A stretch of DNA of 64,000 nt from Candidatus Omnitrophota bacterium. Lineage in GTDB: Bacteria; Omnitrophota; Gorgyraeia; Zapsychrales; JAHFFX01. The notes below the pieces were generated by a model. That model was not told the DNA's origin, did no database searches, and saw nothing but the letters and a program-made list of their open reading frames with translations. Position numbers and translations under genes: made by a program. This document shows positions 32,701 through 47,700 of this stretch, in pieces (position 1 is the first letter of the stretch; each line of letters opens with the position of its first letter). The stretch is taken from contig JAHFFY010000009.1 of NCBI GenBank assembly GCA_023247705.1, positions 1,688-65,687 of the forward strand. Direction: 5' to 3'.

Positions 32701-35700
32701 CCCAACGAAACATGATCCAAAGATTTCAAATTTTGCTCGGAAGCGAGCCAAAAAGTTGTCTTTTGAAATTCGTTGCGTTTCACCAGGAAATAAATCGGAT
32801 TAAATCCTAACTCTCGACGGATTCTGCCTAATACGGTATCTTGAGCGACCAACGACGGGATGGTGACTCTTTTTTGTTTATTAACAATTTTAAAAAATTT
32901 TTCTAAGTCGATGTGCTCAAGGATATAAAACCCCAATGCCTCGCTATATTTCCTATCCGTCGACTCGATCAAAATTAAATCTTGATCCAATTGGGTGTGG
33001 CGGGATTTATTTTGATCGCTGCGGACCATCTTTAAAACTTGAATAACTTCCTGGAGTGTCGGGATATTGTGCACTTGAGCAATCCAGTATGTCATCGGCT
33101 GGCCTGAACTTTCCGCGCTGGTCAAGACATGTCTGATCACCTGCGTAAAAATCCCTCCGCGCTGAAATTGCGGCGTGATCGTCGCGTTGGTCACATACAT
33201 CTCCACTCCGCTTCCCTTCCATCTAAAACGCAAATTCACAACACCCGCCTCCACAGGATCTCCTTGCAGATAAATCCAGATTTCCCAGCCGCTCTTGCGG
33301 CTTGATCGAACCCGCAAATGAAATTTTCTCGATTTCTTATCCGTGATGATAAGCTGCGCGGCGTTTCGCTGAAAGGTTTCCATGAAATGATCCGGGGCTT
33401 GATGGAACACAACCCCCAAAATCATCATCAAACCTCCCAGGAGCCAGAATAATTCAAACGTCTCCACCCATACATATCCTTGAGAAATGCGATCGTCAGC
33501 CATACGCTCCTGACGATCTTCTTGCAAAGGATCGAACCGGATCGGCTGCCCGCGGAATTCCGGGACGGCGATGGCAGCGGCATCTTGCTTTAACAATTTC
33601 ACGATCTCTTGAGTGACCGTCGGGAATTGATGGACCGCCTTCTTGTCTTGAATCAATCTCAGAGCCTGCTCAACTCCCTTTAAAGGAACTTCCTCTAACA
33701 GCGGCACCATTTCCGTTTTTAGGTTCTGGAGATCTTTTAACAATTCCTGAACAGCCGTGCGCTTTTGTTCAATGTTCATTTGACGGTCATTAAAAATCGA
33801 TGGGAGATCATCTTGGGCATACTTCAACAAGAACCCTTTTAGCTGCGCTTTCGCCGCAGATTGTTTTTCTCCGATGCGCTCAAATTGTTCAGCGGCTTCA
33901 AAATATTTCTGATAATCGCCCCCCTCGGCCTGACTCAAAACAAAGGGGAACGATTGAGTGGATCGTTGCACATAGAGTAAACCGGGTTCAAAAACCAATA
34001 ACATGGCGAGTAACACCATCTTATTGAACTTTTCCTTTCCCAGAAGGATTCCGGCGATGGTCAGGAATAAAATCAAGACTAAAACATCGACCATCTTAAA
34101 GCCTTCGGCCAAGACAACTAAACCACGCAAATTTTCTTGCGGGCCTTCGGATTCCGTCAATCCCATACTGGAATCGCCGGGACTGAAGGGTTGCCCCCCT
34201 TCCAACAGGACCCGTAAAAACTCTTTCATCTCCGCCATTAAAGCGAATTCAGTATTTTGAAATATCATCTGATCACCTTGCAATGTTCTTAAAAAAAGAC
34301 GGTGAGGATCGTAGGTGTGATCGACAAAGGCCGTTCCCTTCTCCCCCGTCACGATGACCCGGCGGTCCTGTGGCCATTGATAGTTTCGGCTTAAATAAAT
34401 TCTCACCTCCACATCCCCTGGATACCTTAAGTCCAGATAAACTGTTTCTTGACGATCCCAAGCCGAACGTCGCACTTCCCTGATTTCAGCGGGTTTATCC
34501 TGCCCCAGAAAATAATTAATGACCGAGAGGGAATGCACGCCTAAATCCCATAACGTTGTGCTGGTCGGGTCGATTACACGTCGGGGATTAAGGAATCTCG
34601 CTTCGATTGAACGGATCGTCCCAACAGCCCCTTGTTCCTTGAGATCGATCAAAGCTTTCAATTCACGAAACGATTGGGAATACAAGAGAATATGTCCGAC
34701 CATCAAAAGCAATCCTCTCTCTTTGGCTAAAGCGACATTGTGTCGCGCCTCGCCGAGATTTAACGTGAGCGGTTTTTCCACATAAACATTTTTGCCGGCC
34801 TCCAGCGCGATGCGGGTATGATTAAAATGATCTTGCGCCGGGGTGAGGATCACGACAGAATCAACATCTGGGTCGGTTAATACCACCTCAGCGCTGCCTT
34901 GTATAATTTCCAGATTAGGAAACCGAGCAAACTGTTGTCTCAGTCCCTCAACGGATCTTAGACTTCTCACCGCCAATTTAACTTTAGTCGGTTGGTTCAT
35001 CGCCTCGATCTGATTAAGCAAAGTCTGTAAAACCCTCTGGCCAAACCGTCCCGCGCCGGCCACGCCGATGATTCTCTCCTTTGCAGGACGGACGGCTGAT
35101 TTTTCATGCGATACCATCATAACCAAAAATAAAGCGATGAGAATACCTCCCATCCCCCCCATCGAAGAGGCATCGATCGTTCCCTCGATCAAAGCCCCTG
35201 GATGGACCAAGGCTAAAGAAAATTCTTGAGATTCCGCGGCCGATTCGTCGTAAGATTGATACCTTTCAGCCTGTTCAAAAATCATCTGCAGAAAAATCAC
35301 ATTGGCATCAATCTCTCCCGGTGTTCGGTGGCGTTTCATAAACGCGCTGACTTCTCTCAAGAAATAACGTGGCCGCGACCAGCGCAACAACCGGATCAAA
35401 TCCCAAAAATGCGAAAAGACCGATGATTGATCCGAGGGGGATTCCATCGGCAAAGCCAGATCGGTGTAAAGAAAAAGATCCAGCGTAAACATGGCGGACT
35501 TATTGGAACCGAGCATAATCTGCAAAACCGAGAGATTGACCAGGGCCTTTTGAAGCCGTTCGACCAGCCAGGGTCGCCATTGGCTATGCTGCATAACAAA
35601 ATGACGGAGATCACTGCCCGCTAATTTAACCGTCAGTTCATATTTTTGCGGTTGCTCAAGAGATGAACCGTTCAATCCATTCGACACCGCTTCCCTCAAA

Positions 35701-38700
35701 CTCTCTTGGATCTTGTCGATTTGAAGCTGGATGATCCGCTGGATTGAAAAAAGCGCAAGAGATCCGTTTTCTAATCTTCCGGAAACAGCCAGTAGAAGAT
35801 AATAAATTCCTAACCCGCCGCTTTGGATACGAAAAATCTTAAGCGCTCGTCCCAAAGACCTCTCCTCCAGGACTCCTTCTCCAATCATCCGCAGAAGCAA
35901 AAAGAATATCTCGCGATAAACAGCACGGACAATCTCTTCGGCGCGATCCTGATCATTCACCTGAAAGCCCATCACACCCTGGGTGAGATGCTGCCATTTA
36001 AGGCGCAAAAATAAATCAACCGAGTTCTCGATGAAATCAATGAGACGTTTTCGCAACAAATCATCATGTGCGTTTACTTGTCCGTATTCATAAAGAATAT
36101 AAGCCAATTCATATTCCAACCGTGACGGCAAGGCATTTTCCCCGACGGAACCGGTGTTCTCCTGGTGCCATTTTCTTAATTGTTCATAGGTCCAGTCTTT
36201 TAATTCCACAATTTCCCGGAATCCGGCATAAGGAATGAGCCAGCGATCATATAGATCCTTGGCGAGCGTGATATATCCATGACCAAAACTTAAACCCCGC
36301 GGCGTGACAACGATATTAGCGCCGGGCACATCCTCTCGATTGATCACATCTCCGACCTCGAGTTGCGGCAAATATTTCTTAACCGGAAACAGCTGATAGA
36401 TCGGCCGAATAAAACGTGTCAGGAATATCCGGTCGATAAAAAAGAGGAAACGGTTTAACGGCCGGTCATAAATTTCTTTTAACGTCAGAATCACTTTGCG
36501 ATTGGCATATCCCGGGGCCCGAATCTTTGTGGGATCCGGATCATTGATCCGGGTCAATCGGATTGTTTCCCGGATCACAGTCGGTGAGAAACGTTTGATG
36601 ATCCCCGTTATGACCCCGATGGCATACATCTCCTCGAGAATCGCACGCATAAAATAAGGATGCGTTTCATAGTCGGCCCCCGGGCCATATAAAAAGAGGA
36701 TTTCCGGACGCCAGTTGGAATCATTTTTCTCCCGCGCCAATCCTTCCAGCAATTGCGCGACAATAATCCCCTCGGTTTCTCCCACGGGCGAAAGACGGGC
36801 AGAAACACTCAGCGGGACGCTGCGCGGCACGGTCGGTTCCAGAATAATTTTTTGGCTTCCGGTCGTGGCAACGCCGTCCATTCCCGGATCAGCTTGCACC
36901 CGGTACACCGGAACATCGCCATATTCCTGACGGATTAACCGATATTCTTCCTGGGCCACTTCATAGATCGATCCTTTAAAAGTCGATAACCAAACCCGCG
37001 CGCTGAAATCTTGACGAAGCACATCCACAAAATTCGATTCATCCAGGACCCGCAACGCGCCTCTCACGCGGCTTCGCGGTGTGATTTCAAAAAGCGTTTC
37101 GCTTGTCATGAAAGAACCTTCTTCCCTGAAACGCAACGGGATGATCTCTGCAAAATCTTCGATGGGCCTGGGCATTCCGGTTGTCGGATCATAAATTTTC
37201 TCTTCCAAAACATGGTCGATACGGTATGACGGGTTTTGATCAGTCCCAACGCGTTTTTCGGATGAACTTATCAATAAAATATCCGCCCTTTCCATTAGTC
37301 CGCCTAAAATGTTCTTCAAAAAGGACAGAACAAAAATCCCGCTATTGATATCTGATCCACCACCAGGCAGCTTAATGACAATCAATGGTTTGACTTGGTG
37401 AGAAAGACGTAAATCCGCTGCAAGTTGCCGTAACCATTGCTGAAGATCTGACTGAACCTCAAATCCAAAATTATGGAATCTCCAGCCTGGAATATTATTT
37501 CGAACGTGCCAAAGGTAAATACCGATGACCAAGAGGACCAACACAACAAAACCCCCGAGCCCAAGGACAGCGATCATCTCGTTATGTTTAAATTCATCTG
37601 ATTCCGTCCTGATCGGAAATTCCTGATTCAAATTATTCTCAATGTCTTCTAACCAATGGGTGGGCTTTAAAAATTTATTATTCTGCGGAAAGCTCCATGC
37701 TTCGGAAATTTCTACGATGACGATGTTCTGGGTCTCCAGGCTTAAGGGCAGATCATATTCCTGATGGATCAAAGATATAATGCGATTTAAAAAATGATCA
37801 TTGGATTGACTGGAACGGCCCATGTTCTTCAACAGCTTTTGCATATCCGGCCGATGAAGCCGATGACGGACCCAGATCGAGAATTCAACCAAGGCAATCG
37901 TCCCGGGATGATAAATATTCGCCAGTCTCAAAATCATTTGCGCGATATTCATTTGCTCCGGATCAGAATAATCCTCCGGCATCAAATGATCTCCGGACCG
38001 ATATGTTTCATAAAAGAACACACTGTCAGGCAGGAGCCAAAGAATAAACATGAAAGCAAGAACAAGCAAAAATCCCATCGACATAGCAAGTTCAATACTA
38101 ATCACCATGGGAACCACTGCCCCATTGGTTAAAGAATCATTCCCTCTTTTTAGCCAATCATTCTGATTCATCACCTGATCTTCAATGGTTTCGATCCAAA
38201 AGAGAATTTCCCGGCGATGAGCTAAGCGTGCCTTGCGGGCTTCCCGGATCTCACGCAATACGATCGCCTGCGATGTCAGCGTGAGAGGACGACCATATTC
38301 CTCATGGATCCTACTAATGATATGCTCGAGCACCGATTCGACCTCATGCCCCTCAGGCATCATATGCAAAGATCTCTGAAGATAAGTTTCATGAAGACGA
38401 TAGCGCGTCCAAGCCGCAAATTCGATATTGCCAACCAAAAGATCATTCATCCTGATGGTTGGCGGCAGATTGGCGATCAAACCGGCAATCTCGATTTGCA
38501 ACAAAAGAGCATAATCCAGGGAAAAATCCTTCCGTCGATCCTCTGGATTGATCCGGGATTGTTTCACGATGAGGATCAACGATAATACCAGGATCACAAA
38601 AGCGAAAAACGCAACAGCGAGAGGAAGCCATTCATCGACAATCCAGGCTCGGTTTTCTTCGGGTCTCTCTTCCCGTCTTAATTCAAACCAACTGGCTCTC

Positions 38701-41700
38701 CCACGGATTTCGATCACACCGCTTAATGTCGGTAGCCTTGCACCGCGCTGCTGCGAACGTAAAAGTTGCAACCAGGATCCTAGAATAACCTTTCTTTCCT
38801 CTAAATCCTGTTCTGTTAGATCATATCCCTGGGCCCATTCGATGATGTCATTCAATTGGATCACATATCCTTCCTGGGCTTCCACCCGAGCCCGGATGAC
38901 ACTCACGGATTCATCACGGTGCTGAATGACCCGTCGCTGCCGGAAGAAACGCGCGATCGCCTCTTGATGAACCCTTTCTTTCTGAGAACGACCGATCACC
39001 ACGATGCCATGTTCTTCCCTGAAATAAAACCAATAAAAACGCCAGCGTCCCTGTCCGGATCCTGACCGACGATGGTATAAGGGCGCTCGATATTTCATGG
39101 GACCCTTCTCAGGCTGATTAATCGCCGCCACCAGGGAATTCCAGAAATCCTGTTCACCCAGATCACGCACATTGTCCGTCAAGATGGCGATATCCGGCGG
39201 AGACATATTGGTAATCAAAATATGCCGGACACCCAACAAAGGTTGATCGACATCCGGCATCGCAGCCTCGGGGAGGCTGGATGGTCTTTGCTGATGAAAA
39301 AGATGCAAGAGGTTTCTGTTGATCTCGGTTCGCTGTGTATCATTCAATTGCTGCATTGTTCGTAAAATATTCTGGGATGGAACACCCACTAACTCGCTTA
39401 ATTCCTCGGCGTAAGCCTCCAACAAAAGATCTTCCATGGGGACCCCTTCCCGAATCGACATATCTGACAAATCGATAATGTCCGGATCGACATAATAATT
39501 CAACGTCTGAACATCGAGCTGTGAATCGGAAAGATATTGGTAGGCTTGATCAATGTAACTTTGTAAAGTGACTTGGAGCTCGGGCAATGCAATCTGATCA
39601 GAGGACGGGTCTAATCCAATTTCCTGAAGAAGATAAGATAAACCGGTTGACCCGACGGTATTAATAAACTGGCTCAACGGGATCTGAATCTGGGTGAGAA
39701 ATCCCTGCCGGCTCGCTTTTTGCATAAACAAAAGCGGTGTCCGCGGGAGGCCGGCCAGCTCTGCAATGGCATTGCGTAATTGTCGCCGATAACCTCTGAC
39801 CGTTTCTTCTCTATGCACGCCCATGGCTTGAGCGATTGCTGAATCAGGGGGAAGATCCTCCATAATGACAAGAGCTGTCTCATAAGCCTCTTTAAGACGA
39901 ACATACAATCTCTGTAAATGATCTTCAAGAAGCGGGACCAGCTCATCCAACCTTTCCTTGGTAATGATCCCTTCCGTCAAAGATACTTCTTCCATGATTT
40001 CTTCTGCTGAAGTCGGTTCCAAAACAACATCCCCGGCCGTGATCAATTCCGGCTGCAGAGGTATTTCTTGTTCTTCTTGTCTTTGCGATTCCATTTCTCG
40101 CCGGAGATCTAATGTTCGCTGCAACATTGCCCTCCGATCTTCCCACTGCGCGATCACATCTTCGGTCCCGGGAAAATTTCTGAGCCGATTGATCAGCGTT
40201 ACAAGTCCCCGAATATTTTCTTGACCCAAGTCCTGTTGTAACTGCCGGATCAACTCTTCGACCAATCTCTCTTGATTTTCTTGTTCCAATGTCTGTTCTA
40301 GAACGGTCACTTGTCTTTCGAACTGTGTGATGATGTTCTCAGGCGCATGAATGTCTCTTAACTGATCGATCAACGTTCTGGCACCCCTGGCGTTCCTATC
40401 CCTGATAGCCTGCTGTGTTCGCCGCGTCAGATCGTCCTCTCGACCGGATTGTCTTTGTCTCGTGCGCAGACCTTGCAATCCGGCAGAAATAATATCAAGA
40501 TGCGTTTGACTGGCGCCCAGATGTCTTAATGTGCGCAGATGCGACCTCGTTTCTCCAGCGTCTCCTCTGCGCAATGCTTCCTGGGCCTGCTGAATCGTCG
40601 TTTCAATCATTTGCCGGGATTGTCGGCGTAATCTTCGCCGTTCTCCGGTGATAACGCTCTTTAAAAACCGTAACCATCTCACCCAAAATAACCAAAACGG
40701 AATCCCGAAATAAATCTTCAGGAAGCGTGCAAACCGCACCGCATACCTCATGACCGCTCTGTAATTTAAAATAATCCAAACCGCGGAGCTAATGACAAGC
40801 CCAATCCGGCCCCAATTTTTTGATTTGGATAAAAACTTTAACGCCAACTCTAACCAGGAGTCCTCCGGGTCTTCGATCCCGGCGAGAAAGCCAAAGAATT
40901 CTTTGGGAGGATATTCTTTAAATCCCTTCCATCGAAACGTATTAAAAATTTTCCAGGTTCGATCAGAAAATAATTTGGCCCGACCCGATTGCTGTTCCCA
41001 TTTCATAACCCAGTTGACCGCATCGGATAAAAAGTCGTTCGGGTTATGAACAGTCGCGGTTGCGAGATATTTCAGCAAGATGAATATTTCTAAAACCCTT
41101 TGATCATATTCCCCGCTTTCCGGATCATAAATTGACCCAAACCCTTCGCGCAATAACTTGACACTGTTTAATATATATTGAAACGGAATGTTCGCTTCCT
41201 GGGTGAGCAAATGGTCCAGTTTCTCCGTCGTGACTCCTTTATTCTTCAGGAATTCCAACATCGCATGCCAGCTGAGCGAATCAGTCTGGACCTGTAGACG
41301 TAAAAGATCATAGACCGCCCGTTTAAATTCTCTACTGTCTGCAGCAACCTTTCCTTGTTGGACAGCTTTCTGAAGCTCTTGAAATTTCAAAGCCCGTTCA
41401 TTCAACTGCGCAACCAACTGCGGCTCTTCGGTAAAGATCTGTTGATATCTGACGGTTTTAATCAGCCAGGCCGTGGCAAGGGACTGATATAACTCCTTAA
41501 TTTGATATGTCCGCATATTGTCTTCCAGTTGGTCTAATCTTGCGCCCAGCTGGAAAAATAACGGCGCATTCAAAATCAAATGACCGTCAAAACTTCCCGG
41601 CGGATCATCTTTCATGAAAATGAAATAGCTAGTAGAAATCCTCTGGTCCCCGATAAAACCGGAAGACAGATTTTTCTGAGTACGATCTTTAAAATCAGCC

Positions 41701-44700
41701 AGCAGATCAACTAATCCTTTTGCCATCGGATGATGTTCTTTGACGAGGATCTTGCTTAAAGATTCCAATCGTTGAATAAGATGTAAGGCCTGAGGCAGGG
41801 TAAAAGTAATCCGCGCTTCCGGTTGCTGCTGGGGCTGGCTCAACGGTATCGACGGTTGCAAACCCGGCAAAGGCGTTGTGAATGGCAGGGGCGGCGAAGG
41901 TAGCGGGGATTGTTGGGCTAATCGCGAGAGAGATTCCTGAGAAAATGTTTCTGAAAAACTTAGTCCAACCAGGCGGGAAGAAATGACAAAAAGCAATCCC
42001 CAAATTGCGAAATAACGTTTACCTCGGAAGGTTAAAGAATAATCACGGTGCAACGCCCTGATCGTAACCGCGAATACACTCGATAAAATGATCAACACTA
42101 AAATAACGATCCATGCTTCAAGAGAGACATTGATCCATCCATGAGATGTGTCGGATTTGGGTTGTTCTTTTTGTAGGGCAGGATGAAATCCTATGATCTT
42201 GCGGATCATTTTATCAACGGGATGCCTTCGTTTGATGTCGGAAAGAAGTTTAGAGGCTAGTTGGCGATCAGGAAGTTTTCCTAAACGGATGATTAAAACA
42301 AAAACCTTAATGACATCATTAAATTTCCATTCCTTGGCAAGCATGGCTAGAATAACGCCTTTCCAAATACGAGAAAATTCCGCTGTCGACATCTCTAAGA
42401 CAGTCAACCCCGCATTAATCTCTCTCACGTAACGACGATTTCTTTGTGCCGTGTTAAAAAATCCTCGAGCGAGTTGTTTCAAAATAGGAACTTGACGCCC
42501 AAAATACTGTAGAGATAAATACCAGGCGACCTCAATAACGACCGAATGATTTTTCTTCGTGAGCTTTGCCAACTCCTTCTCAGCGACCTGTTCTTTACCG
42601 TTTATGATGAGCCAGACAAGATGATTCACCTTCATCGACAGACGTTCATCATATTTCTCCAGAATTTCTTGGCCCAAAGATTTTACGATCCATTTCCCAC
42701 GCAACCTGCGCACGCTGGTATGTGAAATGTTCAGAATCCGTCCAATCGCCCTGGCGCCATAACCTTCACGATTCAGCTGAATGAATTTCTTTTTGAATTG
42801 AGGTTGAGCAATAAGCGGTTTAATGTTCGTGTCTCGACGTAAACGGCTGACATGCGTAGGAGATATCCCCAATAAAACCGCCATTTCTCTGACACGCTTT
42901 CCTTCTTTGGTATAGCGCGCCAGTTTGCTTTTGAGTTGAACGGGTGTCAATCGGATCTTATTGCGTCGTAACGGCTGGATATTCGCTCTAATCATAATCT
43001 TGCTGATATAGGCCCGCTTGACATTTAAGACTTCAGCTATTTCCCTTTGCCTTAATCCTTTCTCGTTCAGAACTCTTACCTTTTCATTCATCTCTTCTTT
43101 GGATAGTCTTGTCTTCCATGGATAACGGCCGCGTCCAATTTTAACAATCTGATCACCTCCGGATTTGACCATGGCAATCAAAAGCATCATCAGCATCGAT
43201 CCGATCGTCATATTTACGCTCAAATGCATCGCTTGACCTTCGTCATTGCCCTCGGAAGAATCCCGGATGCGATGCAGGATCATCAATTTGTCTGGTTCAA
43301 CGATCACTTCGAAGTCGCTGAGATTCAGGCCAATTCTTTGCTGAAACGGAGCTAAAGTCGTATTGATAAACAGATACGATCCCACACGCATCTGTTCAAT
43401 ATATCCTTTGAGTGTCGTTCGGGCTTCCTGGGATAAATAGGGAATCACGTAATTTAAAAAAATAATGTCTGCATTGCTCATATCAGTCCCTACTTCTCGA
43501 GCGATGAGGCTCGACTGTTCGAACTCAATGAGCCGGCGGTTGCGCAGAAAAGGACGATACTTGATGCTTAACCTCTCCAGGGATTTCTTCAAATAGGCTC
43601 TCAATCTGTGGCTGTGATTCTCACGCGATCGTTTATTAAACTTTTTTAAGCGTTTTGTCTCACGCAGGACTTGAGAGGCGATCGATTGCGGCAAATCTTT
43701 TAACCCGAAATAAACCAACTGATTCGTCAGATAATCCAAATCAACTGTTTCGATCTTGGCCGTTTCAAGTAAATTGTCACGGGCGTAATCAACCATGTCG
43801 GGCTTGAGTTCATAACCGCGAATGACAAATTGCATTTCATCGGCCACAAAACGCGACAGGCGTTTATCCAACACATAGGCCAGGGTTAATCCCATGCTGA
43901 AGGCCTCTTTGAAATTCGCGGCACCGAGTGATAACAGCATAAACTGTTTCGAGCCGCTGGCGATTCTCTCCTGAATTAAACTGATCAAAATACGTTCCAA
44001 TCTGGCAAATTGAGACGGAATACGGTATAGATATGTGGAGGATTGAATCTCGTCGGACAAATTCTTTTCGATCCATCTAAGCGTCCATTGATGAGCCGCT
44101 GTTTCTTCTTCATGAATATGGGCCACAAATGCTTCAATCCCGGATGGATAATGTCGCAAGAGAAATTCCTGGTCGGTCAAAAGATCCCGATAAAAGGTTT
44201 GGATCGTCACACCATTGCGAGGCGGGATGATTCCTAATTCCGTCAAAGCCTCTCTAAGCCTTCCCATCATCCTGTTGCGTTCAAAATTAACCTCTTCAGC
44301 CAGCGTAAAATCTTTTTCTCTCAAGACTTGCAGGAGAATGTTAATTTCATATTCCGAATACAGGCTGAGGAACCGTTCCACCATTAATGGGACGACGAGA
44401 ACCCGCTCGCGCTGTTTTAACAATTGATTCAATGCCATGGGGGTATCTTTTCTGGAGGAAACCGCCACCGCTGCGATAAAACGATCGATCGATTGACGAA
44501 CCCGGTTGCGCCGGATTTGATCAGGATCTTCCCGGATCGCAACGACACCTCTTACTGGGACCAAAGGTCTTAGCCCTTCCCGCGTTTTGACCTTCATAAC
44601 GGAGGCGATCTGAATTTCCTCTTCTTGAAGAAGACGGAGACGGTAATTAACAAACGGCACGTTCGATTCAATAACATATTCGCTGAACTGCAATTGGTCG

Positions 44701-47700
44701 GAGATCTCTCGGACTTCCCATTTTTTATATCGATCAAAGGTATTGCGGTTGACCGCCCAATTGAATAATACAATCTGTGGTGTCATCGGGATTTCCAGCT
44801 GGCGGGTCTGACGCAGCCAAACATTGGAGATCTTCCAGTGATCGGAAAAGAGATCAACTCTCAACGGGAATCTCTGGTTCACATCTGCGTAAGTCCATTT
44901 TTTCATTTTCCGTAAAACCGGGATGCTCTGCCACCAGCGCAGCATTTGCTGGATATGAGGATGCAAATCTTCCCAACGCAAATAAGGCAACCACGCGTTA
45001 AGCGACCCCAACGCTTCCGGTGGAAGGGGGACTGTTCTTAAAGACAGCTGTGCCCAAAGTTCCCACACATAAACGATCCTCTCCAAATCAAACTGCCGTT
45101 GTTTAACGTCATTCGGTTTCCAAGAAGAAACATTCACCAGTGCTCCGGCCTTATCAATCAAAAGATCGACAAAACCGGAATACCGATCATGATCGTCATA
45201 ACTTAAATGAAGACGGGCTTCATTCCTCACTTCTTCGAGAGACATCTCTGGAGTTCGGGTTGTCTCTTGGGCCCGTTGGATCATGGCTCGAATGGAAGGT
45301 GGATAATTCTGCCGGGCGATGGTCTCCAGGTATTCCTTTTTCGATGGATCAATGGTCGGTAGCCATTTAGGAAGGGTGAGATGGATTTCTTGACGACCGT
45401 TTTCGCCTGAGGCCGTGCGGATCATCGCGGTCATTAAAATTTGCATCATGAAAAACATGCCCAGCCAAACGAACCCATTGAATTCGCCATACCAATCCAT
45501 ATCCAGGAAGAAAACGATCTGATTGGATTGGTCTGATGCATCCGGCGTCTTGCGAACCAGATTGTTCTTCTTCATCAAATAAATCACCCTCGTCGGTTTA
45601 ATATATAAGACTCGTGCGATGTCACCGGGTCCTTTCCCTTGGGCCAAAAGATGTGCAATCAATGTTTCCTCTCCATTGACGGCCGCAAAATAATCTTCGA
45701 CGCTTTGGGCCTTCTTCAAGGCCTCAGGAATTTCGGCATACTCCGCCAGTTTCGCCAATGCATAAAAATGGCTTTCGGTCGACAAAAGATCAAAATAAAT
45801 CTGATACGCGTTCAAGCCTTGTTCATTCAGGACTTTATCTTTGAGGTCCTTGTAGGCCTTGATCCAGTCGTCAAAGACCAGCCGTTCCAGATGTCGCTCA
45901 TAATCGGTCGCAAAATATTGTTCATTGGTCTTCGTGACCGGCCAATGCACGACGATCCCGGTTGCATGGCCCAGACTTTCGATCGTGTCGACCACATAAC
46001 CACGATCAATGCCGGATTTTCGTCCGACAAAATCCCCAAGAGCGGGCCAAGGCGCATAAAGACTGGAGCGCTGCAAGCTGAGCGGGAGTCTTTCTTCGGC
46101 CATGAGATACATATATTCGATGAAGGCGAATATTCTGGAATCGTTCATGAAAATCTTCAACAATGCATCCATTTCAGCGACATCCGCCATCAGGTGCAGT
46201 TGAATCGTCTCTTCAATCATTTTTTGGGCCAGATATCTTGTCAATTCCGGATATTCTTCACGCAAGGCCAGCTTCAACCAATCGATCAATTGATCTTCAT
46301 CAGCCGTTTGCAAAAGTTCGAGCGCTTTCGTTCTGGTCTCTGCGGGCGTCAACTTTAAAGACAACGACATTAATCGATCCTGGATATCAGACAACACCCC
46401 TCTGGGATTATTCCCCAGTAAACGTTCCATCACAGAAAAAAAGTCATCCAGATCGCTGAATTCACTTCCTTTCATCTCACGGCTTTTGAGAATCCGTTCG
46501 ATCTGTTCTCGCGAATAGCCGGCCCTCAGCAAATCAAAGGCATCGGCTCTATTTAAAAATTGGACAAATCGCACAACGAGATCCGGATCAATGTCGGCAA
46601 TCCATTGCCTCCGGTTTTCGACAGATGAAAAAGTCTGCCTGGTCTTAGCAACATTGTCTTGTTGACGTTGAGGTAAGCCCAATTTAAGACGTAATTTATC
46701 TTCGATATTAGACCTAGTTTTTCCAGGCAGGCCTTCTTCTTTAGAAGACTCGGAACGTAACGATTGTTCCAGTTGCAACCAAAAATCGTCCATGTCCTGA
46801 AATCTCCGGTTTTCGTCTTCCTCTAATGGCCGCTCAAACAGCAGTTGCAGGATCTTCGCATCTTGTTTTAAAATCGTGCCCCAAACGATTCGCGCTTGCG
46901 ATGGAGGCAAACGAGCTCTGAGCAAATCATCCCACTGCGCCCGGTTCAGGAAATGCACCATCACTGTCGCGGCATCCGTTGATTGAACCACTGTTAGGGC
47001 ATCGGCACTCGTATTTCCATCTTCGATAAAGGCAAAAATCGCATCAACAATTCTCAAAGCGCGGTCAGAACCAGTGATCTCGGATAAAGAATAAAGAGTT
47101 TTTAAAGAATCTTTTTCTTCAAAAATCTTTTTCGCCCAATATCTCGGGCCCTGAATGTTCGTCGCGGATATCCATCTGAAAAGTTGCGCCTCATCGGCGT
47201 CTTGTAACATTCGCAAGGCAGCCGCCTTTGTTTCATATCCCGGGATAAAAAGCGTCTGATTTCTCAGTCGGCGTTCAACATTATCATGCCAACGCGAATA
47301 TCCGCCGTGCGATCCCATCGATCGCCGGATGCCCCACCAAAAATCCCGTAAATGCGTTAATGGACGATCCGGCCATCCCAACTTACGTTTGGTCGCATAG
47401 ATGATGCTGGTATGATATCCTTGTAATCCTAGGCGTAACAAATCCAAACTCTCCGCCCGATTCAAAAAATCCAGAACGGCTGTGTCATCGTTATAAATGG
47501 TCGGTTCTTCACGTTGCGATGAGACAGCTCGTTGCTTGCGTACTGGGACGGGCACGATGTCCTGAGCATCGGCTGGATTGAAAAAATCCACAATCGCCTC
47601 TTCTGTATTGAATACCTCCTCCTCAACCCCCGGGGTTGGAAAGGTCGCCGTCGTTTCGTCCATGAGATTGTATAAATTCCTGACCAGAATCACCGTGCGG

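Noticed and set aside
42690-43110. IS630/Tc1-like transposase or insertion sequence
   Set aside because: Only the HTH DNA-binding units are present, triplicated and in frame within the giant ORF. No DDE catalytic domain, no separate ORF boundaries and no terminal inverted repeats were seen. It is treated as a domesticated domain.
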